Assembly (NCBI GenBank): GCA_001599295.1
Contig: BCGN01000002.1
Coordinates: forward strand, 248,001-312,000
Reading direction: 5' to 3'
DNA length: 64,000 nucleotides
Origin: Sporopachydermia quercuum
Taxonomy: Eukaryota
Both the position numbers and the translations under genes were made by a program. Within the stretch, counting starts at the first letter, position 1. Each line of letters starts with the position of its first letter. This document shows, piece by piece, positions 11,943 to 22,522 of this stretch. The notes below the pieces were generated by a model. It searched no databases and was not told where the DNA came from. It saw only the letters and a program-made list of their open reading frames with translations.

Positions 11943-14239
11943 TATGAATATCTCTGTCAATCTATGAAAAGGAGCAGAAGGCAGGTTTGTTGTTTGGTAC
12001 AGCAGGATGCAATACAAAGATACAACTTAAAATTCAACACAATGTATAACACAAGATATGACACAAGATATCCAGTTTAGTGTTGATCCCTTGATCTACT
12101 GATTATATAGATAATCAGCTAATTGACGAATACAAGCGCCTTTATAAAACTCAGTCTAATTGTTCAATCAGTTAAGAAAACACCAGGTGTAAGAAAAAGA
12201 AAAAAAACCATGGAATTTTTTTGTATGCTTTGTTATCTATAGGAGGTGAAAGGAAAATCATTACCATATTCCGTCTACTAGAAGTCCATACAGATATCTA
12301 CAATATCGAAATAACATATTGTCTTAAAATTGATAATGATTATATTTTATTTACAATTTGGCTATGAATAAATATCACTAAGTAGTACTTCTTGTATAGT
12401 AGCTGTCTAATTAGCGAGACTGCATCGTCGTTTGATAAGCCACTTTTTGGTCAAAGGACATATACCATATCTTCCTGCTATTCACTGAAAAAGACACTGG
12501 ATAGCCCACCTGCCTAGACCCAATTCATGATGCAGTTTGAGTAATAACAATGGTTTTTTTGTTTGTTTTTCCTACACTGAAACTAAATTCAATCAACAAT
12601 TCGCACAATCTTTGATATCTTTTCAACTGTTTATTTATTCGGCGAATTTGTCTACTCGAGTTTATCGTGTACAAAAGAGGTAAACAAAAGCCAAGAGTCC
12701 GAACAAATCTACCGCGCGTTTTTTATGCTATTTTTTCATGTGACTTTTGGATGATATATGCATGAGTATGTATTAAATGGGCTAGGTGCGTGTTTGATGC
12801 ATGTATGATTAAACTGATGATTTGCAGTGAGTGAATACTAAGATGGACTTAAAGGCAAATACTAAATAAATATAGTTAAATATATCATGAGAGTCTTTGA
12901 GATAAATTAGAAGTCTGGAAGACGTACTGATGTAGAAGAAGGGCTAGAAAATAATAAAGTAATCGATTTTCGCATATCTCAGAGTAGAAGTCGACTCAAT
13001 TGTCAAACAAGATAGTTGCTAAGTTAATGAAGCTAGGATAGAATAATTACAGAAAAGAAAGAAAAAAGTGAGTTCGGCTTAAACACTATATTATCCTTTC
13101 AAGTTTTAGAAGTATTTCGTTTGAAATAAAATACTCTGAACTTTTCTTCGGCACATGTTAAAAATAACGAAAGAAAGAGAAATTGTAAAAGTCTGCAGAA
13201 ACATGCAGGAACCGAGAATCTCCATTATTGCTTAAACATGGAAACGCGATATCCATACAATAAAAGCGAGATCACTGATTACCTTTTCATTTCTGACTTT
13301 TTGCCATTATCTACTCCTTTTCATTATTTAGCTTTCTGTCATTTTTCCATCGTATTTCCAAGATTCATCTACAACCTAATTGCTAACTACCAGACATTCA
13401 TCTGCTGTCTAATGACGTTTTTATGCTTCACAGCCAAGCCCAAACTTTAGTTTTAATGTTTACATGTAATAACTTAATTTTTAGCATCTTTTCCGCTATA
13501 TATCCCGGAATCAACTCCGAGAAAGAGCTCCTTTTCATAGTTTTCTAAGACGCTCCCATTTTAACAAACAAAAAATTTATTTTGTTGTTATTAAAACCAA
13601 CTAGATTTCAAGTCTTTATAATATTGCTCTCATTATTGCCAGTATTTCATCATTTCCAATTCTCGCAGTACACTTCCTCTATCAACCCCTGATCTCAATA
13701 CCGGAAATAATATCCTCTTTCAGTCTCTCTCTTTCCCCCCTAATCCCTTCCGAACCATCCAAACTCGCTGGCGTTTGAAAAACATAATCTCTTGCCAATA
13801 ACTACTACTTACTGCAAAAGTAAGAGCGTTATATAGCTGTGTAATTCATTGCTAGTATCACCATTCTAAAGGCTGATTAGAATAGTATCAACAGCTTGAA
13901 GCTACAGAACTAAAGTTCTGCGTTGGATTTTCTTCTTAGAATAGAGAGCGATAGAAATCCTGTAGCAGAGCGCACCAGTGCGAACCACTTACTTTGGTGC
14001 ACCTAGACAAAGTGGTAGAGCAAAAAGGTTGTATTATAGCATAGCTAGAGAGTCAATCAGCAAGTTGCCTTTAGATACTTATTTGCATCATACCGTTTCA
14101 TCGGTAATTAATCTCTGTAGTATCAAGTTTTTACCAGTAATTCGACAACTGTCTTGATCCCTTGTTCGATCCATGATACATGATATCTGACAATATATGG
14201 TGATAAATTGATTGTACCAACAACTAGCGTATCATCACA

Positions 14240-17195
14240 ATGGCTTTAGAGCGATCAGAGGACTTTTTCCGTAAGTATATCATTGAAAATAGTTAATATT
14301 ATTACTATTTGATTGTTTTGCAGCTAATCTTCCTTATATATTAACTTTTTTCAAAGGCTCAGCGGAGATGTCTTTAGTTCAACTGTATATCAGCTCAGAA
14401 ATCTCTAGAGAGATTGTTTCAGCATTAGGAGAAATGAGTATAATCCAGTTCCGAGACGTACGTCAATACAGTTATGTGAATGAATGCGGATGAGAAGAAA
14501 AGGATTATAATACGGAAAGAAAATTACTAACAGGTTTTTTATAGCTCAATAAAGATGTCAACAATTTCCAGAGGTCTTTTGTTAAGGAAATTCGTGGATT
14601 AGATAACGTTGAACGTCAACTAAGTATGTGATGACTTATACATAAATTGTACTATAGGAATCCGCCAAATTTGCATCCTGTCACAGTAATTTACTAACCA
14701 TAAAATCTTCTTCATTAGACAATCTACTGGATATTCTGGCGAAATATGGAGTTGAAACATCATCAATAACCGACGATGAGTTAACCAGGAACACAGCACC
14801 TAGACAACAGGAAATTGCAGATTTGACAAGCAGAGTTGAATTATTAGAAACTAGAGTATTACAACTAGACACGGCATATGATGGATTACAAGAAAAGAAA
14901 GCTGCTTTGATAGAATTACGCCATGTAATCAATTCAGCCCAAACTTTTTTTCGAAAACCTTCAACAACCACAGGTGATAATGCTAATATTAGATCGAGCA
15001 ACTCTGGATCCAACAGATTATCTTTAGATTCTATTTCAGACACTCCTTTGCTAGCAGAAACACAAGCAGAGCATGAACAAGAGTTATTAGAGGAAGGATT
15101 CACTGCACTAGGAACATCTAACGCAAACCTCATGTCTGTTCAAAGCTTTGTCACTGGTGTCATCGCAAGAGACAAAGTTACCTTCATGCAAAGAATTCTT
15201 TGGAGAGCTTTGAGAGGTAACCTCTACTTGGAATTCTTTCCTATAGAGGAACCATTATTTGATAGGAAAACTGGTCAAGACGTTTATAAAGATGTATTTA
15301 TTGTCTTCACTCATGGTAAAGTTTTATTCCAGAAGGTAAAACGTATAGTAGAGTCATTAGATGGTACTATCTACAAAGTAGATAATGATATCTCCTTAAT
15401 GACAGAAGCATCAATTGGTGTCAATAGTCGTATTCAAGATATGGGAACAGTAATAGAAAACACTAGAATCACTCTTGATACTGAATTACAACTACTCAGT
15501 ACTCAGATTCTGGCCTGGAAAGCCATCATTCGGAAAGAAAAAGCAATTTTTGCTGTATTGAATCTATTCAATCACGATTCTGCAAGACATTCTCTTATTG
15601 CTGAAGGTTGGGTGCCAACATCCGATGTCCCTAGATTAAAGCTTGTACTAAGAGACATTGCTGATACCGCAGGAGTCAGAATACCTTCAGTTTTACACGA
15701 GTTGAAAACAAATAGAACACCTCCAACCTTTCATAGGACGAATAAATTCACTAGCGCCTTCCAAAACATCATTGATGCTTACGGTGTAGCTACCTATCAA
15801 GAAGTCAATCCTGGTTTAGCAACTATTATCACGTTCCCCTTTATGTTTGCTATAATGTTTGGTGATATGGGTCATGGGTTTATTCTCTTCCTAGCTGCTT
15901 TAACATTGGTGCTTAAAGAGAAGCAGATAGCTAGATTAGAGAGAGATGAGATATTCGATATGGCTTACAGCGGGAGATACGTTTTATTACTCATGGGAGG
16001 GTTTTCAATGTATACAGGATTCCTTTATAACGATATATTCTCCCTTAGCATGACACTTTTCCGTTCAGGCTGGGAATGGCCTGAAAGCTGGTCAAGTGGT
16101 GATAGCATTACAGCTCATCAAGTAGGTGTTTATCCTATAGGTCTGGACCCTGCATGGCATGGAGCAGAAAACAGTCTTATATTCTCCAATTCATTCAAAA
16201 TGAAGCTCTCTATTCTTATGGGATTCACCCATATGCTTTATTCTTTATTCTTCTCTGCTGTCAACTATCGTTATTTCAAATCAAGGGTTGATATGATTGG
16301 CAACTTCGTTCCAGGTTTACTATTCATGACGTCTATCTTTGGTTACTTAGTGTTTGCCATTGTATACAAATGGTCAGTTGATTGGATTAAAGAAGAAAAA
16401 CCAGCACCAGGATTATTGAATATGATTATTGGCATGTTTTTATCACCAGGAAACATTGGAGATCCTTTGTTTAAGGGGCAGAAGGCTGTACAGCTGTGTT
16501 TATTATTTATTGCATTGATTTGCGTTCCATGGCTATTGCTTTATAAGCCTTTAACTCTCTATTATGCTAACAAGAACTCAAGAATAGGATATCATAATCT
16601 TGACTCAGAAGGCGACCGAATAGACGATTCAACCTTGTATTCTGACTCTCAACATCAAAATGATGAGTCAGAACGTGAATTTATCATTGTCAGTGATAGT
16701 GAGGACGAAGATAATGCTAATAACAGTAGGAATAGGCATCAACATACAGGACATGATGCGTTCTCATCGTTTACTATTCAGGATTCGTCTCCTGATGAAC
16801 ACGACAATAAACATAGTGAATTCAACATCGGAGATGTCGTGATTCACCAGGTTATCCATACTATTGAATTCTGTTTAAACTGTGTATCTCACACTGCGTC
16901 ATATCTTCGATTATGGGCCCTATCATTGGCCCATGCTCAATTATCAACAGTTCTATGGACAATGACCATTGGAGGATCATTTGGCATGAAAGGAACAATT
17001 GGAGTTATAATGACGGTTATATTATTTGGAATGTGGTTCGTACTAACTGTTTGTATCCTTGTCCTAATGGAAGGTACATCAGCAATGTTACATTCGCTAA
17101 GATTACACTGGGTTGAGGCTATGAGTAAATTTTTTGAAGGCGAAGGATATCCATATGAACCTTTCACTTTTGCTAATGTTTTGAATGATAACTAA
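14240..17195 (+). CDS. VPH1: V-ATPase V0 subunit a, 4 exons, 895 aa: join(14240..14270,14357..14457,14545..14623,14719..17195)
   Basis: Splicing restores the conserved N-terminus [12 protein letters not shown]...QFRDLN...[10 protein letters not shown]. The C-terminal half has [35 protein letters not shown] and RLHWVE. No Stv1-type long N-terminal extension is present. Confidence 0.95.
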
Positions 17196-17781
17196 TGCAT
17201 AGAAAGGAAGATATGTGAAGGGAGAGAAAAGAAAGAATGGTACATAATTTGACGGGTAGTGAAAAGGAAATAATAGCTGAGATTATTGGTTCAGTAGATT
17301 AAATAAGAGTGTCATTATTATAGAAATGGATTACTGTACGAAATGATCCCTAAGGAAAATTGTACAAAACATAAATATCAGAGCCCTATAATTTTTCCTT
17401 AGAGCTCTCAATTGTGATAGCCATTCAAATGATAAGCGTGGTTAATGGGTCTGAGCACTTGATTTCTTAATATCTAGAGGATCCTCTTGTATCATCGTAA
17501 GATAAGTGAACGCATTCACTTATTTATATCTATAAATACCCCATATTTAGATTACATAACTGGAAATAAAATACTATGTTCAAGATGAGATCTGGAGTTA
17601 AGAAGCACTAAATGGTGTAGAGGTGTAGAGGTTAAAGTTCGAAACATTAACCTGTATATCAACCCAAACCTTATTTCAAACGATTATAAATTTTTCATTT
17701 CTTTCTGTCCTCTTTTCCTTCTGCCTACCACTTTATAACACTTGCTGGATGGAGTGTTCTTTTGTTCCTTCTCCTTTCTTT

Positions 17782-18003
17782 AACGCAAATTTAATCAAAC
17801 CATACGTATATATCTCGCGAGAGAAGTCTTCCTACGAGGCGCCTTTTACAGGAAGCCCAGGACATATGTGAAGTAAGATTGGTGTTGAGAGAACAAAATA
17901 AGATGATCTTGGGTGCAGCGAACCATCCGTTATCAGTGATGATACTAAGAGTTCCCTTCGTGGCACTCGTATGAGGCTCGGTGCAATGATCGTCGTGACA
18001 TAT
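17782..18003 (+). ncRNA. snR10: Box H/ACA snoRNA, snR10-like
   Basis: H box AGAACA at 17890-17895 and ACA at 17998-18000, 3 nt from the inferred end. The 3' hairpin basal stem is GATGATC(17902-08)/GATCGTC(17988-94). Pocket strands TGGGTG(17910-15) and CAAT(17984-87) complement 25S rRNA AUUG-UU-CACCCA, and the pocket is 14 nt from ACA. The 5' end AACGCAAATTTAA and the 3' hairpin resemble S. cerevisiae snR10 as I recall it. Confidence 0.85.
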
Positions 18004-18225
18004 TTATATTTAGTTTTTGTGGTAGTTTTGTAAATTGTATATTGGTTTGTAACGTAATATTGGTTATGGTATTGAATGAAGCAATGATTGTGGGCATCTG
18101 GCGATTAAGCATCTGAACGATTACAAGAAGTTTAAAGAAATACATTTATTATTCATATTTCATCAATAATGAATTCTGCCGTATATTATAGTTCTAAATC
18201 TATTCATGAACTGTAGATTGCGTTT

Positions 18226-18310
18226 ATGTGAACAATGAGAATCTGATAGTATCTGTAATAACTCAAGATGTGAACAATGAGAATCTGATAGTATCTGTAA
18301 TAACTCAAGA
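18226..18310. repeat. Perfect 42-bp tandem duplication (2 copies)
   Basis: ATGTGAACAATGAGAATCTGATAGTATCTGTAATAACTCAAG occurs at 18226-18267 and again at 18268-18309. Confidence 0.95.
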
Positions 18311-19011
18311 GTGGACAAGCACAGAACTTACCTAGATCTGATTAGAGAAACCACTGTTTCTATATCTGAATATACAACCAAGTAATCTTGAGTTCTCATC
18401 ATCATCGGCCCGTTTCACCATCCCTTCATATGAACTTGGTTTTCTTCTTACTTTTTCTTTTTTTCTCCTCTTCATCCTGTTTCAGCAAAGAATGTGGTTA
18501 GTATGTCAACCTCTTCCAGAGCTTATACAAGGTATATTTTCCAATTTGAGCATTATAACCTCCGGAATCACAGCTTTCAGTTCATCAACTGAATTCATCG
18601 TTTATATTTATACTTAAATGCAAAAGAAAAGCCTACAAAATAAACCATATATCCAACAAATATCTAACATTTCATTACTAGTTTATTTATGCCAGATCTA
18701 TAAAAAGAAAAAAAACTCTCAGTTATTATGAGAGCAACAAAAGAGATAAGAATGATGAAATCAAGTAGACCAGTGACATCTTTAGTACATTTCAACCCGA
18801 TGTATAGTTATTGACCGTTACAAATGATAAAAATAAGATAGTCAGATGAGTCAGTTAATAGCCATACAAAAGAAAAATCCAAAATTTCACTTTAATTAAC
18901 AATTAAAGGAAATTTTCTAATGAAGAAGTTAATCTTAGGTGAAATTAAACAAATCTCAGACTAATCAGACAAGTCATATTTCAACTGCTCAAATGGCTTT
19001 AATATTTATGA

Positions 19012-19809
19012 TTACATTACCATAGACATTAAGTTGATACTGAAAACTAAGCATCCTCCAAGCAGTAATGCTCCACGGGTTTTATTCAAAATCATACCAT
19101 TTTGAACACCAGCATTAGCTGATGCAGAACTTGAGCTTGTGGTGGCAGTGCTTTCATCAGAACTTGTAGTGGCAGTGTTTCCACTAGGACTTCCAGTAGG
19201 ACTTCCAGTAGCAGTGCTTCCATCAGAACTTGTAGTGGCAGTGTTTCCACTACTGCTTGAACCAACAGTGCTTTCCTCAGTGGTGCTTGAACCAACAGTG
19301 CTTTCCTCAGTGGTGCTTGAACCAACAGTGCTTTCCTCAGTAGTGCTTGAACCTACAGTACTATCAATAATAGTTGAATCTACAGTACTATCAATAATAG
19401 TTGAACCTACAATAGAACTACTAACAGAACAGGTAGATTGAGATGCATAGTCAACACCTGCAAGGATTGGATGGTTCTGGACGCATCCACATATTACGCC
19501 AGAACTTGATTCAACTCCACCTTGGTTTCCTGTATTTTCCATCAAACAATCGCAAAAATCATATGTGGCATCAACCCTACTCAAAGCATAACATAGTCTG
19601 CCTGATCCGTCAAGACAATTGGTTTCTATTACAGTATCTCCGAATCCAAGACTATAATCATTATAGCATTGCCAGAACACAGAATCATAAGCTCCATTAA
19701 CAATAATATTGGAAGTAACAGCTGACATTTCTTGTAAGTTAGTAGATAAATAAATAAATCCAGAGACACAACCAATTAACACTGAAATTCTTGTTCTCAG
19801 CTCGTTCAT
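19012..19809 (-). CDS. Putative GPI-anchored cell-surface protein: 8-Cys N-terminal domain plus Ser/Thr repeat stalk
   Basis: N-terminal hydrophobic stretch, 8 cysteines, Ser/Thr-rich repeats, an omega-site-like SANAG and a hydrophobic C-terminus. Confidence 0.8.
   Translation of the reverse strand: MNELRTRISVLIGCVSGFIYLSTNLQEMSAVTSNIIVNGAYDSVFWQCYNDYSLGFGDTVIETNCLDGSGRLCYALSRVDATYDFCDCLMENTGNQGGVESSSGVICGCVQNHPILAGVDYASQSTCSVSSSIVGSTIIDSTVDSTIIDSTVGSSTTEESTVGSSTTEESTVGSSTTEESTVGSSSSGNTATTSSDGSTATGSPTGSPSGNTATTSSDESTATTSSSSASANAGVQNGMILNKTRGALLLGGCLVFSINLMSMVM
19148..19408 (-). repeat. Coding minisatellites in the GPI-protein stalk
   Basis: About three 30-bp units (STVGSSTTEE) at 19259-19348, two 27-bp units (STIIDSTV) at about 19355-19408, a duplicated SGNTATTSSD block (19148-19186 and 19214-19252), and a 12-bp TGSP unit. 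Confidence 0.9.
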
Positions 19810-20663
19810 AAACTCAATAGAGTTCGAATCGTATTTCTACTAGGCAGAATTAAGAATGACAAGCAAATTAGCCAAGACTTTCAATATCCTATTCTTTGAA
19901 TAGAGTTTGAACAAGACTTCTTCAAAGAAGGGTTTTTTGCTCGCTTTATATCTTTTTTTTGGCAGGCTCTTTCATGTAAAAATATCACTTTTGTTTATTA
20001 TCTTTGTGAATTGAATCTTAAACTTTATGTTGATGATAAATCCATTTTACAAAAAGGGAGGTGCTCTTTGCTTTTTTTATGTTTTTAATGTATTTTCTTG
20101 TATTGTTTCAACGAAAAGGGAAAATGTGCAGCAATTGGCTATCAGTAAACTTTTAGACAAGTTACATGAAAAAGAGCCAAGGGGTAACCTCGTGTAAGTA
20201 GTCGGACATAAAATAGATCAAATATTCGAAGGCTACTTATTACTACCTAAAAACTCAGGAGTTTAGTTTACAATATACGTAAATCTATCAAAATAGTAGT
20301 GATAATTATTATCATATTTAGAAGAAGCGATTTTGAATGTATGTATATAGTATAGTATACACCTGATATATAAAGTTTTCAACCATTCTTCTGATTCAAC
20401 TGTTCTTGTGCTATTTTTTACTATTTTTTCTTTTTTCTTTTCTGCTCATTGTGTGCATTACGGAAATCATGGCTAAAGAACTAACATTTATAATTTCCGT
20501 AATCAATCTCCTCTCGCAAAAAAATTCATCCTATTTATAAACACTAATAATTGATTCCTCTTTCATGATTCATATTTATATCCACCCTTTTTTCCTAATG
20601 AACTATTCCTATATATTAGATCTCATAAATTGAACTCCTGTTTCAACCCTCAAAGCTTTCACA

Positions 20664-22289
20664 ATGAAGAAAGAACCGAAACTCACAGTAGCATATCGCC
20701 ATTTCCAAACGCTCCCCTTCATCTACAATCAAATACCTCCTCCTTTCACATTCCAATCGTTATCTAACCCAGAATGTCTCTTTCATAAATATAAACGTAG
20801 AACTGGTTACAGCACAGCTAGTTTATTCAAACCGATAAATTCTAAAGGCGATATTGAGTTTACAGATGCTGAATTCTACGAAAGAAATATAAAAGATGAC
20901 AGCTTGTTTTCGCAAATCAACTACCTTCGGCTGATTATGCCAAATCATGAGTTGCTATTTGATAAACTGGGCCAAATATTCTGTAAAGACAAAGAATACT
21001 ACGATAGAGAAATAAAACTTTTATACCCACCGGAAACCGCAGCGGATTTAACCAAGCTTCTACAACTACTCAATTCAGGTATCAGAGATGAGCTGAAGTT
21101 TGCTTGTTTGGTGTATTATTTGCTACTAGATTATGGAAATAACAACGGAAAGCGGAAAGAAAATACGGCATCTATTTATAGTAAATCTCGACTAGAAGTT
21201 GGAGTTGTTCGGAAATGCCGCGTCTACTCCGGAGCTGATGGAACAGGTAAATCTAAAGGTAAAATCTTATATCAATATGGAGCAAGACTACCAAAGGCTC
21301 ATCAAGAGCTGATTAAATCGTTCTATCTGCTTGACAGATTTGACATTATATCAGGGTTAAGATATTTGTGTAATCCGAATGTTCGGCCTGAAGGCACATT
21401 ATTGGAAGGTGTTTTAGCAGTAATGATATCTGCGCAATCATTGGTTCTATCAAACTATGTGATTCTCAATTCCAGAAAAGATGGCGGAAGCAATATCGAA
21501 GATAGTACTGGTGGCTTCAGATCAGTGTCGGAAGCTGTATATTTCTTAATTAGAAGCAAGTGTCTAGATCTCAACACTGAGGGAATAATTCAAACCTATA
21601 TCGACAACTTAGTGGACTGTGGGTTCATCATAGAAGCATTAGAATTCATCAAATCTTTAACATTAGATGACATGGAAACAGCTGAAACTTTTCATAGTAG
21701 ACTAAGTGATGTCATGAAACGTATTATTGGGAATGAAGTTCGGCTAAAAAGTAGAGATAAGGAAATACGTGCAGCTACTAGAGTGGATAAGAAGCAATCA
21801 AAGATACGAGGATTGTCGTTCGAAGAAGTACTTAGACATCAAATTGGAGAAAAGGAAATATACGGAGATGCATGTTTGGCACTGATATCTGTGCCCCATA
21901 CATTAATTCCTGAGGAAGAACTTCGTAATGCTTTTCTAGATATTATTAACGAAGAGAATAGAGTCGAAATCTGTGATTTGGCGCGTGATCTTTTGGTTGT
22001 ACGAAGTTTACATTTCGGAGTGATAAAAGCAGAAGATATCCGGGAATATCTGCTGATTGATAAGGATACAAATATGCTTGAAGGAACTAGTCAAAAACTG
22101 TTGAAGCCATATGGTCATAGTGAAAGCGGTAACAAGAATGATATATTTGGTGATGGGAGCGGTGCAAAGCCGATAGTCAAACGAAAGTTTGATGGAGCAG
22201 AAACACCTGGAATTAAGAAACTCAAAGTAAAGAGAGCAATTGATATTTCTGATGTTGTTTCATGGATGAATCAAGCAGAAATAGTGTAA
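20664..22289 (+). CDS. ELYS/Ely5-like nucleoporin (ELYS domain)
   Basis: The pattern LYPP...L..LL ... LVYYLLLD ... LP....LI..F..LD......L..L..P matches the fungal ELYS helical domain. The basic C-terminus (KRKF, KKLKVKR) is NLS-like. Confidence 0.7.
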   Translation: MKKEPKLTVAYRHFQTLPFIYNQIPPPFTFQSLSNPECLFHKYKRRTGYSTASLFKPINSKGDIEFTDAEFYERNIKDDSLFSQINYLRLIMPNHELLFDKLGQIFCKDKEYYDREIKLLYPPETAADLTKLLQLLNSGIRDELKFACLVYYLLLDYGNNNGKRKENTASIYSKSRLEVGVVRKCRVYSGADGTGKSKGKILYQYGARLPKAHQELIKSFYLLDRFDIISGLRYLCNPNVRPEGTLLEGVLAVMISAQSLVLSNYVILNSRKDGGSNIEDSTGGFRSVSEAVYFLIRSKCLDLNTEGIIQTYIDNLVDCGFIIEALEFIKSLTLDDMETAETFHSRLSDVMKRIIGNEVRLKSRDKEIRAATRVDKKQSKIRGLSFEEVLRHQIGEKEIYGDACLALISVPHTLIPEEELRNAFLDIINEENRVEICDLARDLLVVRSLHFGVIKAEDIREYLLIDKDTNMLEGTSQKLLKPYGHSESGNKNDIFGDGSGAKPIVKRKFDGAETPGIKKLKVKRAIDISDVVSWMNQAEIV

Positions 22290-22522
22290 AAGAGCATTCA
22301 AGTTCAAGTAAGCACATAACATAGCATATTACATGTGAAATTCTGAAGTATGTATTAAATACATATATCTCCATGGAAATACATATGATTTCAAGCCTCA
22401 TCATACTGCTAATACTAAGAAAAACAAAATACTGCATCGAAACTCAATGCATTATATTCTAATTAATCCATGTAATCAGGACTTCCTCCCCCCCCCCTTG
22501 TATTATCGTCATAAACAACTTT

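Noticed and set aside
17841..17849. GCCTTTTAC, identical to the U5 snRNA loop 1 nonamer
   Set aside because: It is not closed by a U5-type stem, and it lies inside a sequence much better explained as an H/ACA snR10.
19820..19835. GTTCGAATC B-box/T-loop-like motifs (also near 17637)
   Set aside because: No cloverleaf, acceptor stem or A box around them, so they are not tRNAs.
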